A DNA stretch of 64,000 bases, from the NCBI RefSeq assembly GCF_036321535.1, contig NC_087437.1:71302001-71366000 (forward strand). The letters run 5' to 3'. The number at the start of each line of letters is the position of its first letter. Positions within the stretch are counted from its first letter, which is position 1. The notes below the pieces were generated by a model. It worked only from the letters and a program-made list of their open reading frames with translations, did not search any database and had not been told where the DNA came from. Source of the DNA: Camelus dromedarius (lineage: Eukaryota). Shown piece after piece: positions 1 to 14,740 of the stretch. The translations under genes and the position numbers were made by a program.

Positions 1-1557
1 GAACAATCAGGAAGTATCAATACATGCTTGTTGTTTATAAACACGGAGGTGAACACCCAGAGAATGAACCAAAAGAGTTGAAGATTGTTCTTTGGGAAAG
101 AAATGGAGCCCAGGGTACTGGGGTTGCTATTTTTCTGAACAAACCTTGTAGGACAAGTTAACTCTTTATGTGAGTGAGTGATTTTGGCGAAAACAAAACC
201 TTTAAAAAAGTGATGAGTTCTGAAGGATAAAACAGTGACAGCCAGAGTAGCAGCTCTGGGAGCTTGACTGTGAAAGGGAGCAGACATGGGTGAGTGGGTA
301 GAGAAGGACGTGGACAACATGGGTGTTCTAACGGAGGAGGTAAGGGAGCAGGGGCTTGTGCGGATGGTAAAGATCCAGCTGAATGAGGGAGACTGAAGAT
401 GGGGAAGCGGGAGGGGTGATGGATGGAGTCTCCTGCCAACTAGTGTTGGGACTTGCCTCCGGTTGGCAGAGCAGTGCCTCTAACGGGAGCGCAAAATAGG
501 ACAGGGGTGCAGTGTTACAGAGGTTTGTAGATTTGGTTACAGAAGGAGAGGGGAAGCCTCTTTTCTCCTTGTGGCATAGCCATTAAGTTAAGAGTCAGAG
601 GGAAAGGGGCGGAGAGGCTGAAAGGGAAAATGAGAAAATGATCCATTCCCTGCTAAGTGGGAGGAGAAAGTTGCTAACAGGAGATAACTGTGCATCTGAA
701 AAGCATGAGTTGAAGCTGTAACCTTTGGTGCCCTGCATGGTACCCTAAGGTATGCTCAATAACTGAATCTTCGAAAAAACAAACCAATGCATAGAAGAAA
801 AGGAAGGAAGGAAATAAAACAAAATTTTAACAGTGATTATGTCTGAATACTAGAACTGTAGGTTTTCTTCTCTTCAGCTATTCTCTATTTTTCAATTTTG
901 AAAACTATGCATGTTATATATGATGATGGAAGTATTAATCTTTATTTTTCAAAGGGAATCCTAAGTTTTGGTTTGTAGTACCAAGCAGTATATATTGATG
1001 ACACTATGTTCAAGAGATAAAGCGTATAGCAAAACATCAAAATAACCTAAATGCTCATGGAGAACTGGTAAAATAATTTTGGCATACATGCACAGCTGAA
1101 TTCTATGCAGCTGTTAAAAGAGGAAGCACTGTATATGCTGGTATGGAAGTTTCTCCATGATACATAATTAATAGATAAAAACAAAATAATGAGCAGTGCA
1201 TAAAATATCTACCATTTCTACAAAAAGAGCTAATATGAAGTATAAAATTTTATATAGAAGGATCAATAAAAAGAATGTGGTAGATGTACACAAGCTGATA
1301 TGGGAACATCTTCAAAATATATTGAAAAAAGAGGGTATGCAATGATGAGTATAGTATGCTCCCATTTTGTGAAAAAAAAAAAGGACAAGTGACTATATAC
1401 ATAAAAGGCATAATTCAGAAGCTGGTAAGGACAGTTGCCTCTGGGAGGGGGGATTTCTTCAATTAAAGGGATAGTAAACACTCCATCACAACCAGAGGGG
1501 CAGCTGACCCGCACTGGGATGAGAGCAGTAAGTGCTGTGGTACCCAGAGTTGCCGAC

Positions 1558-1663
1558 CTGTTCGAGCATCACAATGGACTCCCGGAGCACTCCTTTTAAA
1601 TGATGGGCCTGGTCTGTGCTCTTTCGAATTTTTTCTGTACTTGACACCATATCGGAGGCCAAA
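1558..1663 (-). CDS. GRAMD1C: GRAMD1C exon 17 (106 nt), C-terminal coiled coil
   Basis: tttcag|T...CAG|gtcggc; LASDMVSSTEKIRKSTDQAHHLKGVLRESIVMLEQ. Confidence 0.94.
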
Positions 1664-1876
1664 CTGAAAGAAAAATACCATCTTAAAAATCGAGGGAATA
1701 GCTTCTAGTCTTTCATTTCAAGAAATCATCAGTGCCCTATAAGTCTGCAGACAAAACAAAAAAGTTTATGACTGCAGAACAGTTTGGCAGACCAAAACCT
1801 CTAAAACTGGAGTTAAGTTTTCTGCAGCAAAGGCATTATTGAAATAATAAGAGGTTGGGGGGAAGAAAAGACTTAC

Positions 1877-1987
1877 TTTGAAGATTTCTCTTCTTGGAGG
1901 TGAAGGCGGTAAAAGGACTGAGCAGCGGATTCTATCTTTGACAGCTTCAGAAACAGCGTCACATTCAATAAAACCAGCAACAGCAAA
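1877..1987 (-). CDS. GRAMD1C: GRAMD1C exon 16 (111 nt), second half of TM helix and luminal helix
   Basis: acctag|T...TCAAA|gtaagt; LLLLVLLNVTLFLKLSKIESAAQSFYRLHLQEEKSS. Confidence 0.95.
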
Positions 1988-3089
1988 CTAGGTGGCACAA
2001 ATCAGACCTGATTAATCCGTTCTTATTCAGACCCAAAGCATTGCTAATACAGAATATACATGCAAAAGCTTAAAAAATGTGTATTATCCATACTGGTTTC
2101 CAATTATTATTATTTAAATCAAGTATTCCTATTTTCTTTTATGAAATAATTACTTTTCAGTTTTAAGTGGATGTTGAGGGAAAAGCTGGAAGGTAATTAG
2201 TGACAATGAAGTCCTCAAATAAGCAGACTGGGATTGACCGCGACATCTCTTCTCTCTGCTAGGAAGCCCGGCCAGTGCTGACGTGTGACCACCAGCTGAG
2301 AAGTCTACTGTGTTAGCTTTCAAGATCTATTTTTGGGTGCTTTTGTCTTAAGTAATTACACAGGCATAATACTGCACTTCAGAAAGGAAATGATCAATAT
2401 GGATTTGATCTTAGGTAGATTGTGATGTACCTCTTATTCCCAGTGGAAGCCAAAACAAATTTTATAAAAATCACCATTCAGCAAAAATTTCTTCTAGTTC
2501 AACTTAGACAAAGTGTCAAATCCCAAACATACATTAACGGTGTCATATATAGAATGTTATGTATTAAATGAACTTACTCGGTTGATTCTCACAGCAGCAT
2601 TTTGAATGAACGTATCTCTAATTACACACACATGCAAATATATAAGTGGCATCATATCTCTCATCTTTTCTGTTAAAATATTGACTTCCCCTTAAAAATA
2701 CACAGAATTCACCTTTGCCCATCCAGAAGAAGAAATTTCCTACATGAAAACCAAGGTAGTAGCAAGAAAATCAAATCTATGAAATTACTGTGGCACTGAA
2801 ATGGTATATAGACCAACAGTTCAACATCTGACTATAAATTTTCAGCAAAGTAATACAACACATCACAGATAACATTTACTATTCAAAACTGTCATAGCAA
2901 ACCAACTGAAGCAGAATGTGGAAACCATTTATAAAACTCAAAGACACAACAAACATTTTTTATGTTCTCAAGTCAATAATTAGGAAAAACAGCTGATATA
3001 AGAACTTCATTTCAAAAAATACAGAGTGTATCACCCAGTCAGAAGCAATTCTATCAAATCTGATGGACTACCTCATGATTCGAGCACAG

Positions 3090-3284
3090 TGGAGCGGGTA
3101 CAGCTCAGCAGTGGAGTGTGTGCTTAGCATGCACGAGATCCTGGGTTCAATCCCAGTACTTCCAATTAAAATAAGTAAGTAAACCTAGTTACCACCCCCC
3201 TCAAAAAAAAAAAACCCCAAAAACAAAAATAAGCAACAACAACAACAAAGAAAAAATTAAAAATAAAAAGATTTAAAAAAAAAC
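3090..3284 (+). mobile_element. tRNA-derived SINE (camelid Vic-1-like)
   Basis: A/B boxes (agctcagcagtggag; gggttcaatcc), A-rich tail, degenerate TSD attcgagcacag / attcaagtacag. Confidence 0.85.
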
Positions 3285-3939
3285 ATTCAAGTACAGCCAT
3301 GGAGATAACAGTAGTCTAACTATGACTGGCTGAGTGGACTCCAATAGAGGTTCAGACTCACTGCCCCAGTATTTCTCGCCGTACGATCCTCGGGTCACTT
3401 GCACCAGAATAACCTGCGCAGTGTGTTTTAGATAACTACTCATTCCAGATCCCTGCTTGAGACCTACTGACTTACTCTGTAGGATTGGGGCTGAGAAAGA
3501 TGTATTTTAGCAAGTGATTCTTAAAGGGTAAGGACCTCTGGTCTAAACAGAGTAAAACAGCATTACTGGGATTTCCCCAGCCTGCATATATAAATATTGC
3601 CTCTAAATTTAGGGAACTTGCCGTAAAAACCTATGATGGTAGAAACAAATCAGATTAGTTTAAAAAACAAAAACATTTACTGAGTCTGTATTTGGTATTC
3701 CCTCAACTTTAACAGTTACTCTGAAAATCATTCAAAAACTATCAGACTAAAGCATATAAAATTACTGGTTTTATAGGTCAAAATTGTTCAAATAGTGCAA
3801 TCTCTATACAATAATATAGATACGTTCAAATCCCTTTGAAAACCATTAAAAGACAAGTGAAGGCACAAGTAATAAGCATTCAAAACAAATACTTACAGAT
3901 TTGGATCTCCAAAAACAAACAAAAAAACCAAATACTTAC

Positions 3940-3997
3940 AAAATACTCATTACCACGATAAGGACGGTATTATAGATCTCAATTTCCTTTTTCTTTC
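3940..3997 (-). CDS. GRAMD1C: GRAMD1C exon 15 (58 nt), first half of TM helix
   Basis: ctgcag|GA...ATTTT|gtaagt; (G)KKKEIEIYNTVLIVVMSI(F). Confidence 0.93.
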
Positions 3998-5095
3998 CTG
4001 CAGATCACAAAAAAAGGCCACATTAGAATCAAGACTGTGATTATAACTGTTAAAAGTTTAATTCTACTTGAAAAAAAAAACCCAGAAAAGAAACTTCTAA
4101 AATTATTTGTAAAGACAAAGTGATTTAGGGTGAATTCCCTGCACCCCCTCATTTGACTTCTGATATCCTCAGTAATACAAAACAAAGTTACAAAAAGAAA
4201 TCCTGTATCGGTCCTGCAAATTTGGCCTGTATTACAAATCAGTTTGTTCTAAAATTAAATACGCAATGCAATATATCATGTACAATCTCTAGCTAAGTTC
4301 CATCTCTGCAAATAATATTTGAGCTAGGTTTATGTATAATGCTTCCCTCCTTAAAAAAATATTTTAATCATCCTCATCTGTCCTCTGTTGCCCAAACTTT
4401 TAAATTCCAAAATTAAAGAGCCATTAATTTTAAACGGCAGAAAAGCATATTCACACTAAGATATAGGCCTTAGAAGAGGATTTGATAATGTAGGATGAGA
4501 AGGTCTGACAGGTTCATAGCTCTGAGAGGGAGGGAATAACAGTAGGGGCAGGATGTCTTCAAAATTGAGGGTGGGGAAAAACAGAAGTCAAATTCCATGT
4601 TTACAGTTTTGCTGCGCTGGCCCTGACAGTACATAAGGATTAAAAGCATACAATCATTGTAGTAGATTCCAGGGTAGAAATCAAATGTCTGTAAATGCTT
4701 GGCAGGAAATTAATGAGTGAAGCATCCAGCAGTGGGTAACAGCGGTGGAGACTGGTGACCTGGGGGAGCGCACACTCAGTCAATGGGCAGCTACTACTAA
4801 GTACCAACTGACTGTTGCTATGAAGGGATGTGGGTCCAGGGCTGTCATATCTGAGTTTTTATATAAAAATGTCCAATTTTTAAATTGCTATGTGGGCCCA
4901 ATAAAATATTTCTTTGACCACACACCCACCATTCTGCAACTGCTCCTTTATATTTATATTGTAGTTACCGTTAAGGAATTCAGAGTTGGACAAACATTAT
5001 CAGCAAAGAAGAGGAGAAAGGGAGATCTCCTAATAGACATTGTCATATAAACAAAAGGCATATTCTGCTGCATATAAGTAAACTGAAATCTTTCA

Positions 5096-5314
<219 letters not shown>

Positions 5315-5458
5315 TTAAGCAGTGGAGAAACCATCTCAACCATCAGACACAGGGGCGTTGGTGGTTGTTTTGTTTTCAGCTTTTTTTTTTCTTAAGTCTT
5401 GGTAACTTTCTTTAACTATTACTTAGTTTCTTAATGCCTAGATTGAAACCTTACTCTT

Positions 5459-5547
5459 TTTTTTTTTTTAATGGAGGTACTGGGGATTGAACCCAGGACC
5501 TTGGGTATGCCAAGCGTGTGCTCTACCTGAGCTATACCCACCCCTGC
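5459..5547 (-). mobile_element. tRNA-derived SINE, short form
   Basis: Poly-T followed by ggaggtactggggattgaacccagg...gagctatacc; exact 13-bp TSD aaaccttactctt at 5446-5458 and 5548-5560. Confidence 0.9.
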
Positions 5548-6399
5548 AAACCTTACTCTTAATGAAAAGTTTTGGAGTGTACAGTGATCCCATAATGAAG
5601 CTTCATTATTCTAGAAAGAATGAACTGTATTATTTAATAAATGATGGAATTATCAGAGCAAATTCACCGTGTGCCTTACTAAATATTAATGTAACAATTT
5701 CAGCTATGGAACCAACAGGCTACCCACTTATACTGGAGCATTAGAAAGATTTCCAAGATAGATTATAGTACTTGATTGTCAAACTCAAAGCATACAATAG
5801 TTCTAATTTACAATGAGGGTTTTCAAAAAAGGAAGCATTAGTAAAGAAAATCTGCAAAAAACCTCATTTTTGTCATGTGTTTCAACCTTCTCCTTCACCA
5901 GATTTTTTATCAGAAGCTCATTATCCAGTGGCCAAACTCATTTTTCAATTTCATTTTGTTTGCTCCTGATTAGGAGTTTAATAATGAAATAGTCAAAGAG
6001 GCAAAAAAAAAACAAAAAAACACAGAAAATAATCAACAAACTGGATGATGAAGCCTTAAATTACCCTGAGTTGACTGGCCAACCAGCTTTTCTTTAACTA
6101 GAATTAATTATGCTCATGTATGCATATATATATTTTTCTCTCATGTATATTTTAAGGAATATCCAAGCAGAACTAAATCGCTTCCCCGCGTCTAGTGCCC
6201 ACCTCCACCAAATCCACACATGCACATGGTACCACTGCTAAGTGGGCCTGCATTAATCCAGGAGAGCAGTGTTGGTAAGGGAGGTGTGGGTCCAAGGACT
6301 CTCGGACCTTAGTGAGCACAAGTGCATATCTGTGATCATGTTACGCAGTCCCTCATTACAATCAGCTTCCTTGGCCCCTTGCAGAGGGAAGAGTGTGAC

Positions 6400-6570
6400 A
6401 GCTCCTAACTGTGTGATCTTAGACAATTCACTTAACTTCTCTCTCTGTGTTTCAATACTTCTTCTTCAGTAAAATGGGGGGAAAGTAGTTACATCTCACA
6501 GAGTTGTAATGAGTTGATATTTATAAAGCACACAGAACAACGTCTGGCATATAAGCATTATTTAAGTGTT
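6400..6570 (+). mobile_element. MIR
   Basis: ctgtgtgatcttagacaattcacttaacttctctctctgtgtttc...gtaaaatgggg core. Confidence 0.7.
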
Positions 6571-6731
6571 TGGTAGACCAATGAAAACTAGAAGTTTTGA
6601 AATTCCAAGTGGGGTAGTTGGAACCACTTCAGTGGTTATTCCAACATCATCGATCACTTCCTGCTATGAATCCAAGTGAAAAGTTAATCCATTCTGTTAA
6701 TAAATGCCATCTCACAAAAGTAGATAAATCA

Positions 6732-6983
<252 letters not shown>

Positions 6984-7626
6984 TCATTGATAATGACTTC
7001 TTTAAAAAATTACTGGGCACTGCTAATAATTTCATCAGATTTTCCTTCTAAAAACTTGGTATTTTATTTCTTTCCTTTCTCACACTCTGAATTTTCTTTA
7101 CTTAAATAGCAATAAAGGCTCAAAATAAGTTTTAAATTTTTTACATGCCCTGTATAAAAAGCCTCCAGTGGTCACACATTAGTTGAAAGTAACTATACCA
7201 GCTGAGACGAGGCCACATGTGCGATGGCCCAGCACTGTCTTCAACGCACCCACGTTTCTGATTCCCCAGTGCAGCAGAGTCGTTTACCTCTCACCACATG
7301 CTCAAGTACCCAGCCCCTCTGCCATTAAACAGGGTCCTGTGAACAGTTCTGGCCACTGGACTCTGAGCACAAGTCTACAGCTCTCTCTTCCTGTGGCAAC
7401 CGAAATGACACATATTCCCAATCGTGCAGCTCCAGGATATAAAGCCTTCTTCAGCCTGGGACCTCAAGTGAGGATCCCCATCCCTCTGCTGACCACAGCT
7501 GGACATGTAATCTGAGCAAGAAATAAAGCTTTGTTGTGTAAAGCTACTGCTAAGGTTTCAGGATTAATATGTTACTGGGGCATTATCTAGCCTATCCTGA
7601 CTAAAACACTCATTTACAGCAGCTCA

Positions 7627-7788
<162 letters not shown>

Positions 7789-9057
7789 TTATTCTTGCAT
7801 GTACGTGCTTCATACTTCAAATTCCTTGCCAATTTAGAACATATAGACTAGCATTCCTTCTCACAAATTACAAAAGACATGAGAAGCCCACGTGCAAAGC
7901 CAGAAGAGCTGCAAGTTAGCTGTGCGCTCTATGAATGAAGAAGGGACCTACAGAAATAGGATTTGCCACCTCTTTATTATTTCACTGTATACCTATTTTT
8001 TTTCTTTGTTTGAGGCATGAGGAGAAAGGAACTATATCATCTCTTATGGGTAGTATTAGTTTATAAAGAATTTTAAATGTTCCTGGTAGAGGAACAATTC
8101 AAAATTCAATTAAGCAAAAGCAAAGACTCCACCCAAAAATTAATCAAAGTTTAACAAAACCACCCTTCACCAAAAAAGTGAAGGGAGGAGATAACCAAAT
8201 AAAACATTGTTTTCCCCAATCAGGATGTGAAGTGGTTGCTGGTCAAACCTTTCTCATTTTAGCCTTACCTGTTCTACTTATCTTCTGAGGTTATCAAAGA
8301 CTCTCCAATACCAAAATACCAAACTTTTCTTAAATGTTTGAAAATCTTCTGAAGAAAAAATTTTAAGTCCTTTTTAACACTAACAGGCAAAAACTACGGT
8401 AGCACAACTAATTCAGATGTTAAAAGATATTTTCTAACTTTGCAGAACAGATACACTATACTTCAACCCAAACTGGCCAAACACAAACCCCACAGTATGA
8501 CAGAGCCACTCTGGCCACAGAGTAGACAGGACATTAAATAACTTACAGCCTCCTCCTCTTATGTCAGAGCAGTCATCTAGTTATTTGGCCCTAATCTTTG
8601 ACATGATCCTGTAAATCAGATTCTAGTAGTGTCTTTTTTTAGACCATTTATTATGAAAAATTTCAAACGTATACAAGAGTAGGAATGAAGTATGATGAAC
8701 CCTCCTAAGCTCATCAACCAGCTTCCACAGCATCAACTCCTACCCAGTCCTGCTTCATCTGCACCCCTCCCCCAAGCCCTCCCTCCACCACCATCCTCTG
8801 TCTTGTCAGATTACTTTTAAAAGAGATCCTGGACATCAATATAAGTTCACCCATAAATATGTCAGGATATCTCTTTATAAATTCTTCAGTATATCCCTTT
8901 AAAAGATAAATAGTCTTTTCTTTAAAATATAGCTACAATACCATTATTGCACATAAAAATGAACAATTCCTTAAATCTCAGAAATACATTTTTACAGTTG
9001 CTTTGTTTTAATCAGGATTGGGTTGATTTAGCTGATATACTTCTTAAATCTCTTTTA

Positions 9058-9306
<249 letters not shown>

Positions 9307-10781
9307 TCACAGCAAATATAAAGAGTTAGTTCTAGAAATTTGAAGGGTATGGCTTATAATGGAATCAAAGAAGAAGCTTTGAATTTTTTAAATTTTTATT
9401 CTTGAGCAGTCCTAACTTCCCTGTAAGTGTGTTATTAGTTTAAAATTACACGTTAGGTACTCTTCTTTTATGTGACATATACCCCATCTCTGATTCATTT
9501 ACTTCTGAACTATTGTCTGTTAATACACTTTTTTTCCTTTTCTCTGGAAGATAAAATTAAAAGTCGTTTCACCCGTAGGCTTCTTTGTAAAGTTCCCTGT
9601 ACCTGTGAAGAGAAGTAATGGTGCTGGCCTTATCTAACAGACACAGAACGCTTCAACATTTCCAGTGCTGAGGACAAAACCCTGAAAGACATTTGTCTTT
9701 ATACAGCAATATGAGCTGATCCCAACTTGTGGAGAAATCATGTCAATGAGAAATCACATAATGTTAATGGCTTATCTGCCAAGATCTTTAATCAAGGGGG
9801 GGGGCGCTGTAGTAGAAATAAACTATATAACCTTTTCTATATTAAGAAAACTATAGAATAATCTCTCTGTACTTACAGCAAGATCTTGGTCAAAATTTTC
9901 TTTTGTTTAGCTACAACACAGGGAGTAAAAACATACTTTGAACAGAAATATATCTTTAGGACATAGCACCAGACAGCAAAGGTCACTTAACAAGCTAGGA
10001 AAACATCAGTAACAGCATCATGAACTCTACTCAAAGATCTGACTCAATTGCCTAATGCTGTCAGCACAATGGACTTAGGCAATTAGTATGTTTGGCTGCT
10101 AGTCATCAAATCCTAAAACAAAGAAGCCTTTATCTAATTCACTGCCCATTACCAAAGGAATGAAGCAACACTTTATGATATATCCAATTTTACTCAACCT
10201 CTTTGATACAGCTAGGTCTAGGGATTTAATAAGAGATCTTGAAGTTGAGTTGTGCATATCTAGAAAAATTCTTCAAATAAATTAAAAAGACAACATCACA
10301 AACCATGGAATCTATGATAGAGAAATTGCTGTAAAAATGATTTATTTTAGGTGTGCAACAAAGAAGACACAAAATTAATTCTAAAACGCTTTTCAAAAGA
10401 TCACTTTGGTCATATGTCAGCCTGTTTTAGAAAAACTATACAAACAATCCATTGTTAATCAGCAACAGAATTTAAAGATGTCATTGAATTCTGCCACTGA
10501 AACTGCACACCATTCATTCAACAAAGCAACTATCAACAAAGATAAAAGTGTCTCTTCCACTTGTATTTTCACCAATGTTACCAACAAGCCTATGGAATAT
10601 CATGTGCCAGAACATCATCTAACAAAATTTTGGACTAGTCAAGCCCCCAATACCTAGGTAAAGCTCATCATGATACAAAAAACTGGGGAAGAAATTATAA
10701 GGAAAAATGGCAACAGTATACAAAAAGACATATGCGCCATTTTGATATAATGAGTTGAAGTAATTAAAAGCAAGAATTGCA

Positions 10782-10971
10782 TACAGAATAAATAAACAAC
10801 AAGGTCCTACTGCATAGCACAGGGGAACCATATTCAATAACTTGTAATAGCCTATAAAGAAAAAGAATATGAAAAAGAATTATATATATAACTGAATCAC
10901 TATACTGTACACCAGAAACTAACACAACATTGTAAATCAACTATACTTCAATAAAAAGAAAGAAAAGAGAA
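10782..10971 (+). mobile_element. L1 3' end (cetartiodactyl-type)
   Basis: aaacaacaaggtcctactgcatagcacagg...ctatacttcaataaaa; TSD-like aaaagcaaga..tgca on both sides. Confidence 0.82.
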
Positions 10972-11042
10972 AAAAGCAAGATCTGCAGAACAAGTAATTT
11001 AAGAATCCTCTCATGTAATTAAGTTTTAAAATTGGTGAATCT

Positions 11043-11745
11043 TCACACCCATTAGGATAATTATTATCACAAAAAAACTGAAAATAAGAGTGTTGGCTAG
11101 GATGGGGAGAAACTGGAACCTTTATGCATTACTGGTGGGAATGTAAAATGATGCAGCCATTGTGGAAAACAGTATGGCTGTTCTTCAAAAAATTAAACAT
11201 AGAACTACCTTATGAGCCAATTCTACTTCCAGGTATATTCCCAAAGGAACTGAAAGCAGGGACTCAGATACCTGTATATCAGTGTTCACAGCAGCATGAC
11301 TCACAATAACTAAAAAGTGGAAACAACTCAAAACTCCACTGATATATGAGTAAGTATACAAGATGTGGCACAGACATACAATGGTATAATATTCAGCCTT
11401 AACAAGGAATGAAATTCTGACACATACTACTACATGGATAAACCCTGAAGACACTATGCTAAGTGAAATAAGCCAGTCACAAAGACAGAAACATTGTAAG
11501 ATTCAACTTACATGAGGGTACCTAAAGTAGTCAAATTCGTAGAGACAGAAAGTAGAACGGTCATCGGGAGATGCAGAGAGGGGGAATGGAGAGTCACTGT
11601 TTAATAGGTACACAGTTTCAGTATGGGAAGATGGAAGAGTTCTAGGGATGGGTGATGGTGATGGCTGCACAACAATGTGAATGTATGCTTAAAAATGGTT
11701 AAATAGTAAATTTTATGTTATGTACATTTTATTGCAATAAAAAAA
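11043..11745 (+). mobile_element. Ancient L1 (L1MB-like), ORF2 end and 3'UTR
   Basis: Degenerate HYWWECKM.QPLWK.VW peptide and a typical L1MB 3'UTR; flanked by tggtgaatct repeats. Confidence 0.85.
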
Positions 11746-12504
11746 GACTGGTGAATCTAGGTAATAGGTATAGATTTTATTATACTATTTATGCAACTTT
11801 ACTCAAGATTCATATTTTTTCAAAAATAAAAAGTTGAATAAAAAGACTTAAAATTGAGCTTTGAATGACAAAAGTAGTGTCAAACAACTGTAAGCAAAGA
11901 TTTAAAAGAATATCAATTTAAAAGCTCTCTAACTAAAAAAAAAAAAAATCCAGTAATAGCCATGTTAGTGCTGCAAGTAGGTTAAATCCACAAATAACTG
12001 ACTATACCAAATTTTTTTCATTAAATTCTTAGTATTTTTTAAAGGAAGACTTTGAAACCCGTTCTCAAGAAATAAAACTTTGATAACCAGGTAACAGGTT
12101 CAGAAGATAGCATAATGCTGTGCAGTCATAAACAGATTATCTCTTTTGGGGCAAATCCTCTGACTAATTCTAGGTCTAACAGCAACTTGTCTGGGAGTGT
12201 TTATACTTGGGATTAGCCAAAGCCATTTATAACATCAGATAGCAAATAAAGCTATTCAAATTGAAGCTAGATATGCTATCAGACACCAAATGCAGCTGTG
12301 ATTCAAAAAACAAACTTCATTTAGTATCATCGTGGAATAACATACTAGTTCCTTGAGGGCTTTTCAGCCATAAAAATGGCAGTGCAATATCAACAGTCAT
12401 CATCTTAGAAAATTAAGAGAAATAATGTATCAAACGCTTCAAATACCAAGTTCTTCAGGTAGACATGAATAGCAAGAAAATACCAAATAGATTCAGAACA
12501 GATA

Positions 12505-12720
12505 TAACAAGTTATAGGTATACTACTACATATAAAATAGATAAATAACAAGGACCTACTATATAGCACAGGGAACTATATTCAATATCTTGTAATAACC
12601 TATAATGGAAAAGAAACTGAAAAAGAATATATACATATACATATGTATAACTGAATCACTTTGCTGTACCCCTGAAACTAATACATTATAAATGAATTAT
12701 ACTTCAATAAAACATTTTTA
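12505..12720 (+). mobile_element. L1 3' end (cetartiodactyl-type)
   Basis: Same motif series as 10782-10971; boundaries approximate. Confidence 0.78.
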
Positions 12721-13309
12721 AATAAGTTAAGTATAAGCTACTGAGTGAAAAGAAAGATTTATAGCCCTCAGGTATTCCACATTTTTAAAATTGGAAGAAC
12801 AGCAAAAATTAATGACTTCTGAAAACATGGCATTCTTAATATAATCACAAGACTCAATAGATACCAATTAGAAATTGTTTTGCTACTCTACTATGAAAGT
12901 AAGGAAAAAATTTTTTTGTATCTAGAATCCCTATCAATGATGTAATCTATGAATATGTAGCTATGGTTACATAAACCTTTCAAATAAAGGAATAATATCT
13001 AGTGGCTAATAAAATGGCTAGATTATAAACTACATTTAAATTGATCCTAGAACAACCTTCTCTTTGACTATGTCAAACAACTCAGCTCATACGGATCTCT
13101 GCTAGTGCAGTTGTCAAATTAATTTTATAGAGCAAGCTAAATCATGTGCTCCCAAAGTTTATAAAATACCTTGAAATATTTAGGATAAATTCAATTTCCA
13201 ATTAATGACAAGTTTATTTGAGATGTTAACCAAAACAGAACTCTGAACATTTAATCAGTGAAATCTCTTTTATAACTGATTTCCTAACTGGAACATTTTT
13301 GGTAGTTTC

Positions 13310-13890
13310 ATTAAGGTAGACCATAGACATTGCAATCTCAAATCTCCATGAAACTGCACAGAGAAAACACACACGTGTACCACTACTCAGATCAACTTAG
13401 GGAACTTTACCAGTATCCCAAAAGCTCCTTCCCAGTCTTCACCCACCCAGATTCCCACAGCAGTTAACTACTGTGCTGATTTTATTTCCATAAATTAGTT
13501 TTGCTTGTCTTTGAACTTTGTACAAAGAAATGATGGTATGTACTCTTGTGTCTTGCTTCTTTTGCTTAATAACAGCAGTATATCTGTAAGATTTACTCAA
13601 ACTGTTATAAGTAGTAGCAGTTTGCATTTTTTCATTGCTATATAGAATTCTTCCATGTAAACATACACAATTTGTTCATCCATTCTATTACTGGTGGATA
13701 TTTGGGCTGTTTTGAGTTTGGGGGCCATTATAAATAATGCTGCTATGAACACTGCAATACATGTCATTCAGAGTACATGTGTACCTGAAGGATACATATA
13801 CCTAATGAAAGACTTGCTGAGTCAGCTTTAGTAGATACTGCTAAACCATTTCGCAAAGTAATCGTACCAATTTATACTCTACTAGAATCT
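13310..13890 (-). mobile_element. Ancient L1 3' fragment (L1MB/ME-like)
   Basis: ttgttcatccattctattactggtggatatttgggctgttttgagtttgggg-type motifs; boundaries approximate. Confidence 0.7.
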
Positions 13891-14179
13891 AATTGTTACA
13901 CAGTGGAACCCTTTTAAACAGGGTTCAACCCAAGTGAACTGCTACGTTAATAAATAAAGGGAATTTTAGTTCTCAAAGTGTCTGAACTTAATTGTAGGTA
14001 GGATCTGAGTGATTGAACAATTATACTATTTATATGTGCATTTAGCCAAAATATCTAAATACTAGTTTATACATCACCAAAATAAGATCAAAGCCCGTCT
14101 AATTTTTCCCGACAACATAAATCAATTTATACACGCTCAACCCACTAAGGATAATAAAATTCTCCCAAATTTATCATTA

Positions 14180-14392
<213 letters not shown>

Positions 14393-14652
14393 TCAAGGTT
14401 TTGTTTTATTTGTTTGGGAGCACAAAATGGTTTTTAAATGTGAGTACAATGATCAGCACATTAGAGGACTATTAAAACTATGGTTGGTATTACATACATG
14501 TGTACTCTATATAACTATACATAAGGATGTATAGCAATTAATATGTATATGTATATGATCAATATGTCAGTCATCAAAACCCAAAAGATACAGAAATATT
14601 TAACTTGAATCATATCAAACTCCCATAATACATCATTCAAAAGAATATCTCA

Positions 14653-14740
14653 GGAATTTGTGCATCATCCATGTGCAGGGGCCATGCTAATGTTCTCTGT
14701 ATCATTCCAATTTTAGCATACATGCTGCCAAAGCAAGCAC
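14653..14740 (-). pseudogene. U6 snRNA retropseudogene, 3'-truncated and tailless
   Basis: Minus strand reads GTGCTTGCTTTGGCAGCATGTATGCTAAAATTGGAATGATACAGAGAACATTAGCATGGCCCCTGCACATGGATGATGCACAAATTCC, i.e. U6 nt 1-~88 with CpG decay. 16-bp TSD with 2 mismatches at 14637-14652 and 14741-14756. Confidence 0.93.

Noticed and set aside
1..1557. GRAMD1C terminal coding exon
   Set aside because: I found no segment encoding the expected LKSSLIMLQKTF-like peptide; it presumably lies beyond position 1.
9793..9812. CTCF-like GGGGGCGCTG (also near 1490)
   Set aside because: Only the 3' half matches, and the CCASYAG half is absent or misaligned.
14653..14740. Functional U6 gene
   Set aside because: 3' end is missing, there are multiple CpG-type substitutions and TSDs, and no Pol III terminator belongs to the copy.
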